Shown here in pieces: positions 27,101 through 42,200 of a stretch of 64,000 bases of DNA. Source of the DNA: Botryllus schlosseri. Its lineage: Eukaryota. Location of the stretch: contig CM119371.1 in assembly GCA_051294905.1 (NCBI GenBank), forward strand, positions 18,974,001 through 19,038,000. Reading direction: 5' to 3'. Positions within the stretch are counted from its first letter, which is position 1, and every line of letters starts with the position of its first letter. Made by a program: the position numbers and the translations under genes. The notes beneath the pieces are model-generated. The model searched no databases. It saw only the letters and a program-made list of their open reading frames with translations, and was not told the DNA's origin.

Positions 27101-30100
27101 CCAACGTTGCTTGACTTCCGAGATCAGACGAGATCGGGTGTATTCAACGTGGTATGGTCGTAGGCGACAGTGGATACAATCTGTGCCGTTTTATGTGACA
27201 TTCTATCGGGCGAAAAGTCGCCACGCTGTCAACGAGACGCCTGAAAAGCAGATTGTCTGATTGCTGTGAAGCACTTTCGGACGAACTGGTCGAAAAACAC
27301 ACATATAAATTAAGCTCTCCGTGTCAGAGTTTATTTTATTGCAATTCTCGTCATGTCAAAACGGCACGAGATTGCGATAAACGGCCCTGCACAACTACAA
27401 ATTGAGCGCGAGTTCATAGCTGAAAGAAGCGGCGGCCGGCAAATGATGATATTCATAGTTGTACGTGCAATCAAATTGATCGAGTTTGTGTGAAAAATTG
27501 CAAAAGGCGGCCTACTACACCCGGTATTCCCAGCCGGTCACCCATGCAAGTACTAACCGGGCCCAACGTTGCTTGACTTCCGAGATCAGACGAGATCGGG
27601 TGTATTCAACGTGGTATGGTCGTAGGCGACAGTGGATACAATCTGTGCCGTTTTATGTGACATTCTATCGGGCGAAAAGTCGCCACGCTGTCAACGAGAC
27701 GCCTGAAAAGCAGATTGTCTGATTGCTCGGAGGCACTTTCGGACGAACTGGTCGAAAAACACACATATAAATTAAGCTCTCCGTGTAAGAGTTTATTTTA
27801 TTGCAATTCTCGTCATGTCAAAACGGCACGAGATTGCGATAAACGGCCCTGCACAACTACAAATTGAGCGCGAGTTCATAGCTGAAAGAAGCGGCGGCCG
27901 GCAAATGATGACATTCATAGTTGTACGTGCAATCAAATCGATCGAGTTTGTGTGAAAAAATGCAAAAGGCGGCCTACTACACCCGGTATTCCCAGCCGGT
28001 CACCCATGCAAGTACTAACCGGGCCCAACGTTGCTTGACTTCCGAGATCAGACGAGATCGGGTGTATTCAACGTGGTATGGTCGTAGGCGACAGTGGATA
28101 CAATCTGTGCCGTTTTATGTGACATTCTATCGGGCGAAAAGTCGCCACGCTGTCAATGAGACGCCTGAAAAGCAGATTGTCTGATTGCTCGGAGGCACTT
28201 TCGGACGAACTGGTCGAAAAACACACATATAAATTAAGCTCTCCGTGTAAGAGTTTATTTTATTGCAATTCTCGTCATGTCAAAACGGCACGAGATTGCG
28301 ATAAACGGCCCTGCACAACTACAAATTGAGCGCGAGTTCATAGCTGAAAGAAGCGGCGGCCGGCAAATGATGACATTCATAGTTGTACGTGCAATCAAAT
28401 TGATCGAGTTTGTGTGAAAAAATGCAAAAGGCGGCCTACTACACCCGGTATTCCCAGCCGGTCACCCATGCAAGTACTAACCGGGCCCAACGTTGCTTGA
28501 CTTCCGAGATCAGACGAGATCGGGTGTATTCAACGTGGTATGGTCGTAGGCGACAGTGGATACAATCTGTGCCGTTTTATGTGACATTCTATCGGGCGAA
28601 AAGTCGCCACGCTGTCAACGAGACGCCTGAAAAGCAGATTGTCTGATTGCTCGGAGGCACTTTCGGACGAACTGGTCGAAAAACACACATATAAATTAAG
28701 CTCTCCGTGTAAGAGTTTATTTTATTGCAATTCTCGTCATGTCAAAACGGCACGAGATTGCGATAAACGGCCCTGCACAACTACAAATTGAGCGCGAGTT
28801 CATAGCTGAAAGAAGCGGCGGCCGGCAAATGATGACATTCATAGTTGTACGTGCAATCAAATTGATCGAGTTTGTGTGAAAAATGGCAAAAGGCGGCCTA
28901 CTACACCCGGTATTCCCAGCCGGTCACCCATGCAAGTACTAACCGGGCCCAACGTTGCTTGACTTCCGAGATCAGGCGAGATCGGGTGTATTCAACGTGG
29001 TATGGTCGTAGGCGACAGTGGATACAATCTGTGCTGTTTTATGTGACATTCTATCGGGCGAAAAGTCGCCACGCTGTCAACGAGACGCCTGAAAAGCAGA
29101 TTGTCTGATTGCTGTGAAGCACTTTCGGACGAACTGGTCGAAAAACACACATATAAATTAAGCTCTCCGTGTCAGAGTTTATTTTATTGCAATTCTCGTC
29201 ATGTCAAAACGGCACGAGATTGCGATAAACGGCCCTGCACAACTACAAATTGAGCGCGAGTTCATAGCTGAAAGAAGCGGCGGCCGGCAAATGATGACAT
29301 TCATAGTTGTACGTGCAATCAAATTGATCGAGTTTGTGTGAAAAATTGCAAAAGGCGGCCTACTACACCCGGTATTCCCAGCCGGTCACCCATGCAAGTA
29401 CTAACCGGGCCCAACGTTGCTTGACTTCCGAGATCAGACGAGATCGGGTGTATTCAACGTGGTATGGTCGTAGGCGACAGTGGATACAATCTGTGCCGTT
29501 TTATGTGACATTCTATCGGGCGAAAAGTCGCCACGCTGTCAACGAGACGCCTGAAAAGCAGATTGTCTGATTGCTGTGAAGCACTTTCGGACGAACTGGT
29601 CGAAAAACACACATATAAATTAAGCTCTACGTGTCAGAGTTTATTTTATTGCAATTCTCGTCATGTCAAAACGGCACGAGATTGCGATAAACGGCCCTGC
29701 ACAACTACAAATTGAGCGCGAGTTCATAGCTGAAAGAAGCGGCGGCCGGCAAATGATGACATTCATAGTTGTACGTGCAATCAAATTGATCGAGTTTGTG
29801 TGAAAAATTGCAAAAGGCGGCCTACTTCACCCGGTATTCCCAGCCGGTCACCCATGCAAGTACTAACCGGGCCCAACGTTGCTTGACTTCCGAGATCAGA
29901 CGAGATCGGGTGTATTCAACGTGGTATGGTCGTAGGCGACAGTGGATACAATCTGTGCCGTTTTATGTGACATTCTATCGGGCGAAAAGTCGCCACGCTG
30001 TCAACGAGACGCCTGAAAAGCAGATTGTCTGATTGCTGTGAAGCACTTTCGGACGAACTGGTCGAAAAACACACATATAAATTAAGCTCTCCGTGTCAGA

Positions 30101-33100
30101 GTTTATTTTATTGCAATTCTCGTCATGTCAAAACGGCACGAGATTGCGATAAACGGCCCTGCACAACTACAAATTGAGCGCGAGTTCATAGCTGAAAGAA
30201 GCGGCGGCCGGCAAATGATGATATTCATAGTTGTACGTGCAATCAAATTGATCGAGTTTGTGTGAAAAATTGCAAAAGGCGGCCTACTACACCCGGTATT
30301 CCCAGCCGGTCACCCATGCAAGTACTAACCGGGCCCAACGTTGCTTGACTTCCGAGATCAGACGAGATCGGGTGTATTCAACGTGGTGTGGTCGTAGGCG
30401 ACAGTGGATACAATCTGTGCCGTTTTATGTGACATTCTATCGGGCGAAAAGTCGCCACGCTGTCAACGAGACGCCTGAAAAGCAGATTGTCTGATTGCTC
30501 GGAGGCACTTTCGGACGAACTGGTCGAAAAACACACATATAAATTAAGCTCTCCGTGTAAGAGTTTATTTTATTGCAATTCTCGTCATGTCAAAACGGCA
30601 CGAGATTGCGATAAACGGCCCTGCACAACTACAAATTGAGCGCGAGTTCATAGCTGAAAGAAGCGGCGGCCGGCAAATGATGACATTCATAGTTGTACGT
30701 GCAATCAAATCGATCGAGTTTGTGTGAAAAAATGCAAAAGGCGGCCTACTACACCCGGTATTCCCAGCCGGTCACCCATGCAAGTACTAACCGGGCCCAA
30801 CGTTGCTTGACTTCCGAGATCAGACGAGATCGGGTGTATTCAACGTGGTATGGTCGTAGGCGACAGTGGATACAATCTGTGCCGTTTTATGTGACATTCT
30901 ATCGGGCGAAAAGTCGCCACGCTGTCAACGAGACGCCTGAAAAGCAGATTGTCTGATTGCTCGGAGGCACTTTCGGACGAACTGGTCGAAAAACACACAT
31001 ATAAATTAAGCTCTCCGTGTAAGAGTTTATTTTATTGCAATTCTCGTCATGTCAAAACGGCACGAGATTGCGATAAACGGCCCTGCACAACTACAAATTG
31101 AGCGCGAGTTCATAGCTGAAAGAAGCGGCGGCCGGCAAATGATGACATTCATAGTTGTACGTGCAATCAAATTGATCGAGTTTGTGTGAAAAACTGCAAA
31201 AGGCGGCCTACTACACCCGGTATTCCCAGCCGGTCACCCATGCAAGTACTAACCGGGCCCAACGTTGCTTGACTTCCGAGATCAGACGAGATCGGGTGTA
31301 TTCAACGTGGTATGGTCGTAGGCGACAGTGGATACAATCTGTGCCGTTTTATGTGACATTCTATCGGGCGAAAAGTCGCCACGCTGTCAACGAGACGCCT
31401 GAAAAGCAGATTGTCTGATTGCTCGGAGGCACTTTCGGACGAACTGGTCGAAAAACACACATATAAATTAAGCTCTCCGTGTAAGAGTTTATTTTATTGC
31501 AATTCTCGTCATGTCAAAACGGCACGAGATTGCGATAAACGGCCCTGCACAACTACAAATTGAGCGCGAGTTCATAGCTGAAAGAAGCGGCGGCCGGCAA
31601 ATGATGACATTCATAGTTGTACGTGCAATCAAATTGATCGAGTTTGTGTGAAAAATGGCAAAAGGCGGCCTACTACACCCGGTATTCCCAGCCGGTCACC
31701 CATGCAAGTACTAACCGGGCCCAACGTTGCTTGACTTCCGAGATCAGGCGAGATCGGGTGTATTCAACGTGGTATGGTCGTAGGCGACAGTGGATACAAT
31801 CTGTGCTGTTTTATGTGACATTCTATCGGGCGAAAAGTCGCCACGCTGTCAACGAGACGCCTGAAAAGCAGATTGTCTGATTGCTGTGAAGCACTTTCGG
31901 ACGAACTGGTCGAAAAACACACATATAAATTAAGCTCTCCGTGTCAGAGTTTATTTTATTGCAATTCTCGTCATGTCAAAACGGCACGAGATTGCGATAA
32001 ACGGCCCTGCACAACTACAAATTGAGCGCGAGTTCATAGCTGAAAGAAGCGGCGGCCGGCAAATGATGACATTCATAGTTGTACGTGCAATCAAATTGAT
32101 CGAGTTTGTGTGAAAAATTGCAAAAGGCGGCCTACTACACCCGGTATTCCCAGCCGGTCACCCATGCAAGTACTAACCGGGCCCAACGTTGCTTGACTTC
32201 CGAGATCAGACGAGATCGGGTGTATTCAACGTGGTATGGTCGTAGGCGACAGTGGATACAATCTGTGCCGTTTTATGTGACATTCTATCGGGCGAAAAGT
32301 CGCCACGCTGTCAACGAGACGCCTGAAAAGCAGATTGTCTGATTGCTCGGAGGCACTTTCGGACGAACTGGTCGAAAAACACACATATAAATTAAGCTCT
32401 CCGTGTAAGAGTTTATTTTATTGCAATTCTCGTCATGTCAAAACGGCACGAGATTGCGATAAACGGCCCTGCACAACTACAAATTGAGCGCGAGTTCATA
32501 GCTGAAAGAAGCGGCGGCCGGCAAATGATGACATTCATAGTTGTACGTGCAATCAAATTGATCGAGTTTGTGTGAAAAATTGCAAAAGGCGGCCTACTAC
32601 ACCCGGTATTCCCAGCCGGTCACCCATGCAAGTACTAACCGGGCCCAACGTTGCTTGACTTCCGAGATCAGACGAGATCGGGTGTATTCAACGTGGTATG
32701 GTCGTAGGCGACAGTGGATACAATCTGTGCCGTTTTATGTGACATTCTATCGGGCGAAAAGTCGCCACGCTGTCAACGAGACGCCTGAAAAGCAGATTGT
32801 CTGATTGCTCGGAGGCACTTTCGGACGAACTGGTCGAAAAACACACATATAAATTAAGCTCTCCGTGTAAGAGTTTATTTTATTGCAATTCTCGTCATGT
32901 CAAAACGGCACGAGATTGCGATAAACGGCCCTGCACAACTACAAATTGAGCGCGAGTTCATAGCTGAAAGAAGCGGCGGCCGGCAAATGATGACATTCAT
33001 AGTTGTACGTGCAATCAAATTGATCGAGTTTGTGTGAAAAATGGCAAAAGGCGGCCTACTACACCCGGTATTCCCAGCCGGTCACCCATGCAAGTACTAA

Positions 33101-33511
33101 CCGGGCCCAACGTTGCTTGACTTCCGAGATCAGGCGAGATCGGGTGTATTCAACGTGGTATGGTCGTAGGCGACAGTGGATACAATCTGTGCTGTTTTAT
33201 GTGACATTCTATCGGGCGAAAAGTCGCCACGCTGTCAACGAGACGCCTGAAAAGCAGATTGTCTGATTGCTGTGAAGCACTTTCGGACGAACTGGTCGAA
33301 AAACACACATATAAATTAAGCTCTCCGTGTCAGAGTTTATTTTATTGCAATTCTCGTCATGTCAAAACGGCACGAGATTGCGATAAACGGCCCTGCACAA
33401 CTACAAATTGAGCGCGAGTTCATAGCTGAAAGAAGCGGCGGCCGGCAAATGATGACATTCATAGTTGTACGTGCAATCAAATTGATCGAGTTTGTGTGAA
33501 AAATTGCAAAA

Positions 33512-33633
33512 GGCGGCCTACTACACCCGGTATTCCCAGCCGGTCACCCATGCAAGTACTAACCGGGCCCAACGTTGCTTGACTTCCGAGATCAGACGAG
33601 ATCGGGTGTATTCAACGTGGTATGGTCGTAGGC
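33512..33633 (-). rRNA. 5S rRNA gene, last type I copy (5' flank is from array 2)
   Basis: Type I coding sequence, but the flank switches to acgtgacatttttcgttcatctc from 33661. Confidence 0.93.
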
Positions 33634-34061
33634 GACAGTGGATACAATCTGTGCCGTTTTACGTGACATTTTTCGTTCATCTCAGGCGAAAAGTCGCCAC
33701 GCTGCCAACGATGAGACGCCTGAAAAGCAGATTGTCTGATTGCGCCAAGGCACTTTCGGCCCAATAACTGGAAAGAAAAGTCTGCTAGCGGTCGAATATC
33801 ATTGGCGTCCTGCTCTGTTCTTGTATCTGGTCAACAAACACACAAGTAAGCTCTCGCTGTCAGAGTAGTTATTTTATTGCACTTTTCGTCATGTGAAAAC
33901 AGCACGAGATTTCGATATAATGACAATGTGTTAGGCCTAGTATAACTACAAATTGAAATAAGCGGCGGCCAGCAAATGATGACATTCATAGTTGTACGTA
34001 GGCCTACGTGCGCTTACAAAACAGTTGCAAGCAAATTGATCGTGTTTGCGCGACAAAAATA

Positions 34062-34179
34062 GCCTTCTACACCCGGTATTCCCAGCCGGTCACCCATGCA
34101 AGTACTAACCGGGCCCAATGTTGCTTGACTTCCGAGATCGGACGAGATCGGGTATATTCAACGTGGTATGGTCGTAGGC
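34062..34179 (-). rRNA. 5S rRNA variant type B (also at ~35085, 36612, 37635, 38658, 40698, 42741, 44767, 45789)
   Basis: 5S sequence with C26T, T40C, T114A (some copies also G61A) relative to type I; ends GGCTA-TTT. Confidence 0.85.
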
Positions 34180-34537
34180 AAGTGTGGTTACCAATTCTGA
34201 CGTTTTATGTTGACAATTTCCGTCGCCATGCTGTCGACGAGACGCCAGAAAAGCAGATTGTCTGATTGCGCTGGGGCATTTTCAACCCGTCTGCCAGCGT
34301 TCGAATATCGTTGGCATCCTGCTCTGTTCTTGTATCTTGTGGACAAACACACAATTAAGCTCTCGCTGTCAGAGTAGTTATTTTATTGTACTTTCTGTCA
34401 TGTCAAAACAGTACGAGAGTTTGATATAATGAAAATGTGTTAGGCCGATTACAATTCCAAATTTCGCGCGATAGTTCATTTGAAAATAAAGCACAGCAAT
34501 CGAATTGATCGAGTTTGTGCGGAAAAAAAATGCAAAA

Positions 34538-34656
34538 GCCTACATGCACCCGGTATTCCCAGCCGGTCACCCATGCAAGTACTAACTGAGCCCAACGCCG
34601 CTTAACTTCCGAGATCAGACGAGATCGGGTGTATTCAACGTGGTATGGTCGTAGGC
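34538..34656 (-). rRNA. 5S rRNA variant type A (also at ~35561, 37088, 38111, 39133, 40151, 41174, 42194, 43203, 44220, 45242)
   Basis: 5S sequence with C53T, A58G, A59G, C68T, G70A and TA>CAT at nt 111-112; ends GGC-TTTT. Confidence 0.85.
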
Positions 34657-36115
34657 GACAGTGGATACAATCTGTGCCGTTTTACGTGACATTTTTCGTT
34701 CATCTCAGGCGAAAAGTCGCCACGCTGCCAACGATGAGACGCCTGAAAAGCAGATTGTCTGATTGCGCCAAGGCACTTTCGGCCCAATAACTGGAAAGAA
34801 AAGTCTGCTAGCGGTCGAATATCATTGGCGTCCTGCTCTGTTCTTGTATCTGGTCAACAAACACACAAGTAAGCTCTCGCTGTCAGAGTAGTTATTTTAT
34901 TGCAATTTTCGTCATGTGAAAACAGCACGAGATTTCGATATAATGACAATGTGTTAGGCCTAGTATAACTACAAATTGAAATAAGCGGCGGCCAGCAAAT
35001 GATGACATTCATAGTTGTACGTAGGCCTACGTGCGCATACAAAACAGTTGCAAGCAAATTGATCGTGTTTGCGCGACAAAAATAGCCTTCTACACCCGGT
35101 ATTCCCAGCCGGTCACCCATGCAAGTACTAACCGGGCCCAATGTTGCTTGACTTCCGAGATCGGACGAGATCGGGTATATTCAACGTGGTATGGTCGTAG
35201 GCAAGTGTGGTTACCAATTCTGACGTTTTATGTTGACAATTTCCGTCGCCATGCTGTCGACGAGACGCCAGAAAAGCAGATTGTCTGATTGCGCTGGGGC
35301 ATTTTCAACCCGTCTGCCAGCGTTCGAATATCGTTGGCATCCTGCTCTGTTCTTGTATCTTGTGGACAAACACACAATTAAGCTCTCGCTGTCAGAGTAG
35401 TTATTTTATTGTACTTTCTGTCATGTCAAAACAGTACGAGAGTTTGATATAATGAAAATGTGTTAGGCCGATTACAATTCCAAATTTCGCGCGATAGTTC
35501 ATTTGAAAATAAAGCACAGCAATCGAATTGATCGAGTTTGTGCGGAAAAAAAATGCAAAAGCCTACATGCACCCGGTATTCCCAGCCGGTCACCCATGCA
35601 AGTACTAACTGAGCCCAACGCCGCTTAACTTCCGAGATCAGACGAGATCGGGTGTATTCAACGTGGTATGGTCGTAGGCGACAGTGGATACAATCTGTGC
35701 CGTTTTACGTGACATTTTTCGTTCATCTCAGGCGAAAAGTCGCCACGCTGCCAACGATGAGACGCCTGAAAAGCAGATTGTCTGATTGCGCCAAGGCACT
35801 TTCGGCCCAATAACTGGAAAGAAAAGTCTGCTAGCGGTCGAATATCATTGGCTTCCTGCTCTGTTCTTGTATCTGGTCAACAAACACACAAGTAAGCTCT
35901 CGCTGTCAGAGTAGTTATTTTATTGCACTTTTCGTCATGTGAAAACAGCACGAGATTTCGATATAATGACAATGTGTTAGGCCTAGTATAACTACAAATT
36001 GAAATAAGCGGCGGCCAGCAAATGATGACATTTATAGTTGTACGTAGGCCTACGTGCGCATACAAAACAGTTGCAATCTAATTGATCGAGTTTGTGCGAC
36101 AAAAATGCAAAAGCC

Positions 36116-36233
36116 GTCTACTACACACGGTATTCCCAGCCGGTCACCCATGCAAGTACTAACCGGGCCCAACGTTTCTTGACTTCCGAGATCGGACGAG
36201 ATCGGGTATATTCAACGTGGTATGGTCGTAGGC
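36116..36233 (-). rRNA. 5S rRNA variant type C, possibly non-functional (also at ~39688, 41729, 43758)
   Basis: Carries the type B C26T and T40C changes plus C57A, G107T and G117A, which each break a helix pair. Confidence 0.7.
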
Positions 36234-39200
36234 AAGTGTGGTTACCAATTCTGACGTTTTATGTGACAATTTCCGTCGACAGCCGCCAGAAAAGCAGATT
36301 GTCTGATTGCGCTGGGGCATTTTCAACCCGTCTGCCAGCGTTCGAATATCGTTGGCATCCTGCTCTGTTCTTGTATCTTGTGGACAAACACACAATTAAG
36401 CTCTCGCTGTCAGAGTAGTTATTTTATTGCACTTTTCGTCATGTGAAAACAGCACGAGATTTCGATATAATGACAATGTGTTAGGCCTAGTATAACTACA
36501 AATTGAAATAAGCGGCGGCCAGCAATTGATGACATTCATAATTGTACGTAGGCCTACGTGCGCATACAAAACAGTTGCAAGCAAATTGATCGTGTTTGCG
36601 CGACAAAAATAGCCTTCTACACCCGGTATTCCCAGCCGGTCACCCATGCAAGTACTAACCGGGCCCAACGTTGCTTGACTTCCGAGATCGGACGAGATCG
36701 GGTATATTCAACGTGGTATGGTCGTAGGCAAGTGTGGTTACCAATTCTGACGTTTTATGTTGACAATTTCCGTCGCCATGCTGTCGACGAGACGCCAGAA
36801 AAGCAGATTGTCTGATTGCGCTGGGGCATTTTCAACCCGTCTGCCAGCGTTCGAATATCGTTGGCATCCTGCTCTGTTCTTGTATCTTGTGGACAAACAC
36901 ACAATTAAGCTCTCGCTGTCAGAGTAGTTATTTTATTGTACTTTCTGTCATGTCAAAACAGTACGAGAGTTTGATATAATGAAAATGTGTTAGGCCGATT
37001 ACAATTCCAAATTTCGCGCGATAGTTCATTTGAAAATAAAGCACAGCAATCGAATTGATCGAGTTTGTGCGGAAAAAAAATGCAAAAGCCTACATGCACC
37101 CGGTATTCCCAGCCGGTCACCCATGCAAGTACTAACTGAGCCCAACGCCGCTTAACTTCCGAGATCAGACGAGATCGGGTGTATTCAACGTGGTATGGTC
37201 GTAGGCGACAGTGGATACAATCTGTGCCGTTTTACGTGACATTTTTCGTTCATCTCAGGCGAAAAGTCGCCACGCTGCCAACGATGAGACGCCTGAAAAG
37301 CAGATTGTCTGATTGCGCCAAGGCACTTTCGGCCCAGTAACTGGAAAGAAAAGTCTGCTAGCGGTCGAATATCATTGGCGTCCTGCTCTGTTCTTGTATC
37401 TGGTCAACAAACACACAAGCAAGCTCTCGCTGTCAGAGTAGTTATTTTATTGCACTTTTCGTCATGTGAAAACAGCACGAGATTTCGATATAATGACAAT
37501 GTGTTAGGCCTAGTATAACTACAAATTGAAATAAGCGGCGGCCAGCAAATGATGACATTCATAGTTGTACGTAGGCCTACGTGCGCTTACAAAACAGTTG
37601 CAAGCAAATTGATCGTGTTTGCGCGACAAAAATAGCCTTCTACACCCGGTATTCCCAGCCGGTCACCCATGCAAGTACTAACCGGGCCCAATGTTGCTTG
37701 ACTTCCGAGATCGGACGAGATCGGGTATATTCAACGTGGTATGGTCGTAGGCAAGTGTGGTTACCAATTCTGACGTTTTATGTTGACAATTTCCGTCGCC
37801 ATGCTGTCGACGAGACGCCAGAAAAGCAGATTGTCTGATTGCGCTGGGGCATTTTCAACCCGTCTGCCAGCGTTCGAATATCGTTGGCATCCTGCTCTGT
37901 TCTTGTATCTTGTGGACAAACACACAATTAAGCTCTCGCTGTCAGAGTAGTTATTTTATTGTACTTTCTGTCATGTCAAAACAGTACGAGAGTTTGATAT
38001 AATGAAAATGTGTTAGGCCGATTACAATTCCAAATTTCGCGCGATAGTTCATTTGAAAATAAAGCACAGCAATCGAATTGATCGAGTTTGTGCGGAAAAA
38101 AAATGCAAAAGCCTACATGCACCCGGTATTCCCAGCCGGTCACCCATGCAAGTACTAACTGAGCCCAACGCCGCTTAACTTCCGAGATCAGACGAGATCG
38201 GGTGTATTCAACGTGGTATGGTCGTAGGCGACAGTGGATACAATCTGTGCCGTTTTACGTGACATTTTTCGTTCATCTCAGGCGAAAAGTCGCCACGCTG
38301 CCAACGATGAGACGCCTGAAAAGCAGATTGTCTGATTGCGCCAAGGCACTTTCGGCCCAATAACTGGAAAGAAAAGTCTGCTAGCGGTCGAATATCATTG
38401 GCGTCCTGCTCTGTTCTTGTATCTGGTCAACAAACACACAAGTAAGCTCTCGCTGTCAGAGTAGTTATTTTATTGCAATTTTCGTCATGTGAAAACAGCA
38501 CGAGATTTCGATATAATGACAATGTGTTAGGCCTAGTATAACTACAAATTGAAATAAGCGGCGGCCAGCAAATGATGACATTCATAGTTGTACGTAGGCC
38601 TACGTGCGCATACAAAACAGTTGCAAGCAAATTGATCGTGTTTGCGCGACAAAAATAGCCTTCTACACCCGGTATTCCCAGCCGGTCACCCATGCAAGTA
38701 CTAACCGGGCCCAATGTTGCTTGACTTCCGAGATCGGACGAGATCGGGTATATTCAACGTGGTATGGTCGTAGGCAAGTGTGGTTACCAATTCTGACGTT
38801 TTATGTTGACAATTTCCGTCGCCATGCTGTCGACGAGACGCCAGAAAAGCAGATTGTCTGATTGCGCTGGGGCATTTTCAACCCGTCTGCCAGCGTTCGA
38901 ATATCGTTGGCATCCTGCTCCGTTCTTGTATCTTGTGGACAAACACACAATTAAGCTCTCGCTGTCAGAGTAGTTATTTTATTGTACTTTCTGTCATGTC
39001 AAAACAGTACGAGAGTTTGATATAATGAAAATGTGTTAGGCCGATTACAATTCCAAATTTCGCGCGATAGTTCATTTGAAAATAAAGCACAGCAATCGAA
39101 TTGATCGAGTTTGTGCGGAAAAAAATGCAAAAGCCTACATGCACCCGGTATTCCCAGCCGGTCACCCATGCAAGTACTAACTGAGCCCAACGCCGCTTAA

Positions 39201-42200
39201 CTTCCGAGATCAGACGAGATCGGGTGTATTCAACGTGGTATGGTCGTAGGCGACAGTGGATACAATCTGTGCCGTTTTACGTGACATTTTTCGTTCATCT
39301 CAGGCGAAAAGTCGCCACGCTGCCAACGATGAGACGCCTGAAAAGCAGATTGTCTGATTGCGCCAAGGCACTTTCGGCCCAATAACTGGAAAGAAAAGTC
39401 TGCTAGCGGTCGAATATCATTGGCTTCCTGCTCTGTTCTTGTATCTGGTCAACAAACACACAAGTAAGCTCTCGCTGTCAGAGTAGTTATTTTATTGCAC
39501 TTTTCGTCATGTGAAAACAGCACGAGATTTCGATATAATGACAATGTGTTAGGCCTAGTATAACTACAAATTGAAATAAGCGGCGGCCAGCAAATGATGA
39601 CATTTATAGTTGTACGTAGGCCTACGTGCGCATACAAAACAGTTGCAATCTAATTGATCGAGTTTGTGCGACAAAAATGCAAAAGCCGTCTACTACACAC
39701 GGTATTCCCAGCCGGTCACCCATGCAAGTACTAACCGGGCCCAACGTTTCTTGACTTCCGAGATCGGACGAGATCGGGTATATTCAACGTGGTATGGTCG
39801 TAGGCAAGTGTGGTTACCAATTCTGACGTTTTATGTGACAATTTCCGTCGACAGCCGCCAGAAAAGCAGATTGTCTGATTGCGCTGGGGCATTTTCAACC
39901 CGTCTGCCAGCGTTCGAATATCGTTGGCATCCTGCTCTGTTCTTGTATCTTGTGGACAAACACACAATTAAGCTCTCGCTGTCAGAGTAGTTATTTTATT
40001 GTACTTTCTGTCATGTCAAAACAGTACGAGAGTTTGATATAATGAAAATGTGTTAGGCCGATTACAATTCCAAATTTCGCGCGATAGTTCATTTGAAAAT
40101 AAAGCACAGCAATCGAATTGATCGAGTTTGTGCGGAAAAAAAATGCAAAAGCCTACGTGCACCCGGTATTCCCAGCCGGTCACCCACGCAAGTACTAACT
40201 GAGCCCAACGCCGCTTAACTTCCGAGATCAGACGAGATCGGGTGTATTCAACGTGGTATGGTCGTAGGCGACAGTGGATACAATCTGTGCCGTTTTACGT
40301 GACATTTTTCGTTCATCTCAGGCGAAAAGTCGCCACGCTGCCAACGATGAGACGCCTGAAAAGCAGATTGTCTGATTGCGCCAAGGCACTTTCGGCCCAA
40401 TAACTGGAAAGAAAAGTCTGCTAGCGGTCGAATATCATTGGCGTCCTGCTCTGTTCTTGTATCTGGTCAACAAACACACAAGTAAGCTCTCGCTGTCAGA
40501 GTAGTTATTTTATTGCACTTTTCGTCATGTGAAAACAGCACGAGATTTCGATATAATGACAATGTGTTAGGCCTAGTATAACTACAAATTGAAATAAGCG
40601 GCGGCCAGCAAATGATGACATTCATAGTTGTACGTAGGCCTACGTGCGCTTACAAAACAGTTGCAAGCAAATTGATCGTGTTTGCGCGACAAAAATAGCC
40701 TTCTACACCCGGTATTCCCAGCCGGTCACCCATGCAAGTACTAACCGGGCCCAACGTTGCTTGACTTCCGAGATCGGACGAGATCGGGTATATTCAACGT
40801 GGTATGGTCGTAGGTAAGTGTGGTTACCAATTCTGACGTTTTATGTTGACAATTTCCGTCGCCATGCTGTCGACGAGACGCCAGAAAAGCAGATTGTCTG
40901 ATTGCGCTGGGGCATTTTCAACCCGTCTGCCAGCGTTCGAATATCGTTGGCATCCTGCTCTGTTCTTGTATCTTGTGGACAAACACACAATTAAGCTCTC
41001 GCTGTCAGAGTAGTTATTTTATTGTACTTTCTGTCATGTCAAAACAGTACGAGAGTTTGATATAATGAAAATGTGTTAGGCCGATTACAATTCCAAATTT
41101 CGCGCGATAGTTCATTTGAAAATAAAGCTCAGCAATCGAATTGATCGAGTTTGTGCGGAAAAAAAATGCAAAAGCCTACATGCACCCGGTATTCCCAGCC
41201 GGTCACCCATGCAAGTACTAACTGAGCCCAACGCCGCTTAACTTCCGAGATCAGACGAGATCGGGTGTATTCAACGTGGTATGGTCGTAGGCGACAGTGG
41301 ATACAATCTGTGCCGTTTTACGTGACATTTTTCGTTCATCTCAGGCGAAAAGTCGCCACGCTGCCAACGATGAGACGCCTGAAAAGCAGATTGTCTGATT
41401 GCGCCAAGGCACTTTCGGCCCAATAACTGGAAAGAAAAGTCTGCTAGCGGTCGAATATCATTGGCGTCCTGCTCTGTTCTTGTATCTGGTCAACAAACAC
41501 ACAAGTAAGCTCTCGCTGTCAGAGTAGTTATTTTATTGCACTTTTCGTCATGTGAAAACAGCACGAGATTTCGATATAATGACAATGTGTTAGGCCTAGT
41601 ATAACTACAAATTGAAATAAGCGGCGGCCAGCAAATGATGACATTCATAGTTGTACGTAGGCCTACGTGCGCATACAAAACAGTTGCAATCTAATTGATT
41701 GAGTTTGTGCGACAAAAATGCAAAAGCCGTCTACTACACACGGTATTCCCAGCCGGTCACCTATGCAAGTACTAATCGGGCCCAACGTTTCTTGACTTCC
41801 GAGATCGGACGAGATCGGGTATATTCAACGTGGTATGGTCGTAGGCAAGTGTGATTACCAATTCTGACGTTTTATGTGACAATTTCCGTCGACAGCCGCC
41901 AGAAAAGCAGATTGTCTGATTGCGCTGGGGCATTTTCAACCCGTCTGCCAGCGTTCGAATATCGTTGGCATCCTGCTCTATGTTCTTGTATCTTGTGGAC
42001 AAACACACAATTAAGCTCTCGCTGTCAGAGTAGTTATTTTATTGTACTTTCTGTCATGTCAAAACAGTACGAGAGTTTGATATAATGAAAATGTGTTAGG
42101 CCGATTACAATTCCAAATTTCGCGCGATAGTTCATTTGAAAATAAAGCACAGCAATCGAATTGATCGAGTTTGTGCGGAAAAAAAATGCAAAAGCCTACA

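Larger units (their letters stand above)
2647..33660 (-). repeat. Tandem 5S rDNA array 1: 462-bp unit, 67 full genes plus one stub
   Basis: Unit starts are spaced 462 bp apart (two 461-bp units) from 3002 to 33492. Each unit has one 5S gene, and units differ at only a few sites. Confidence 0.97.
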
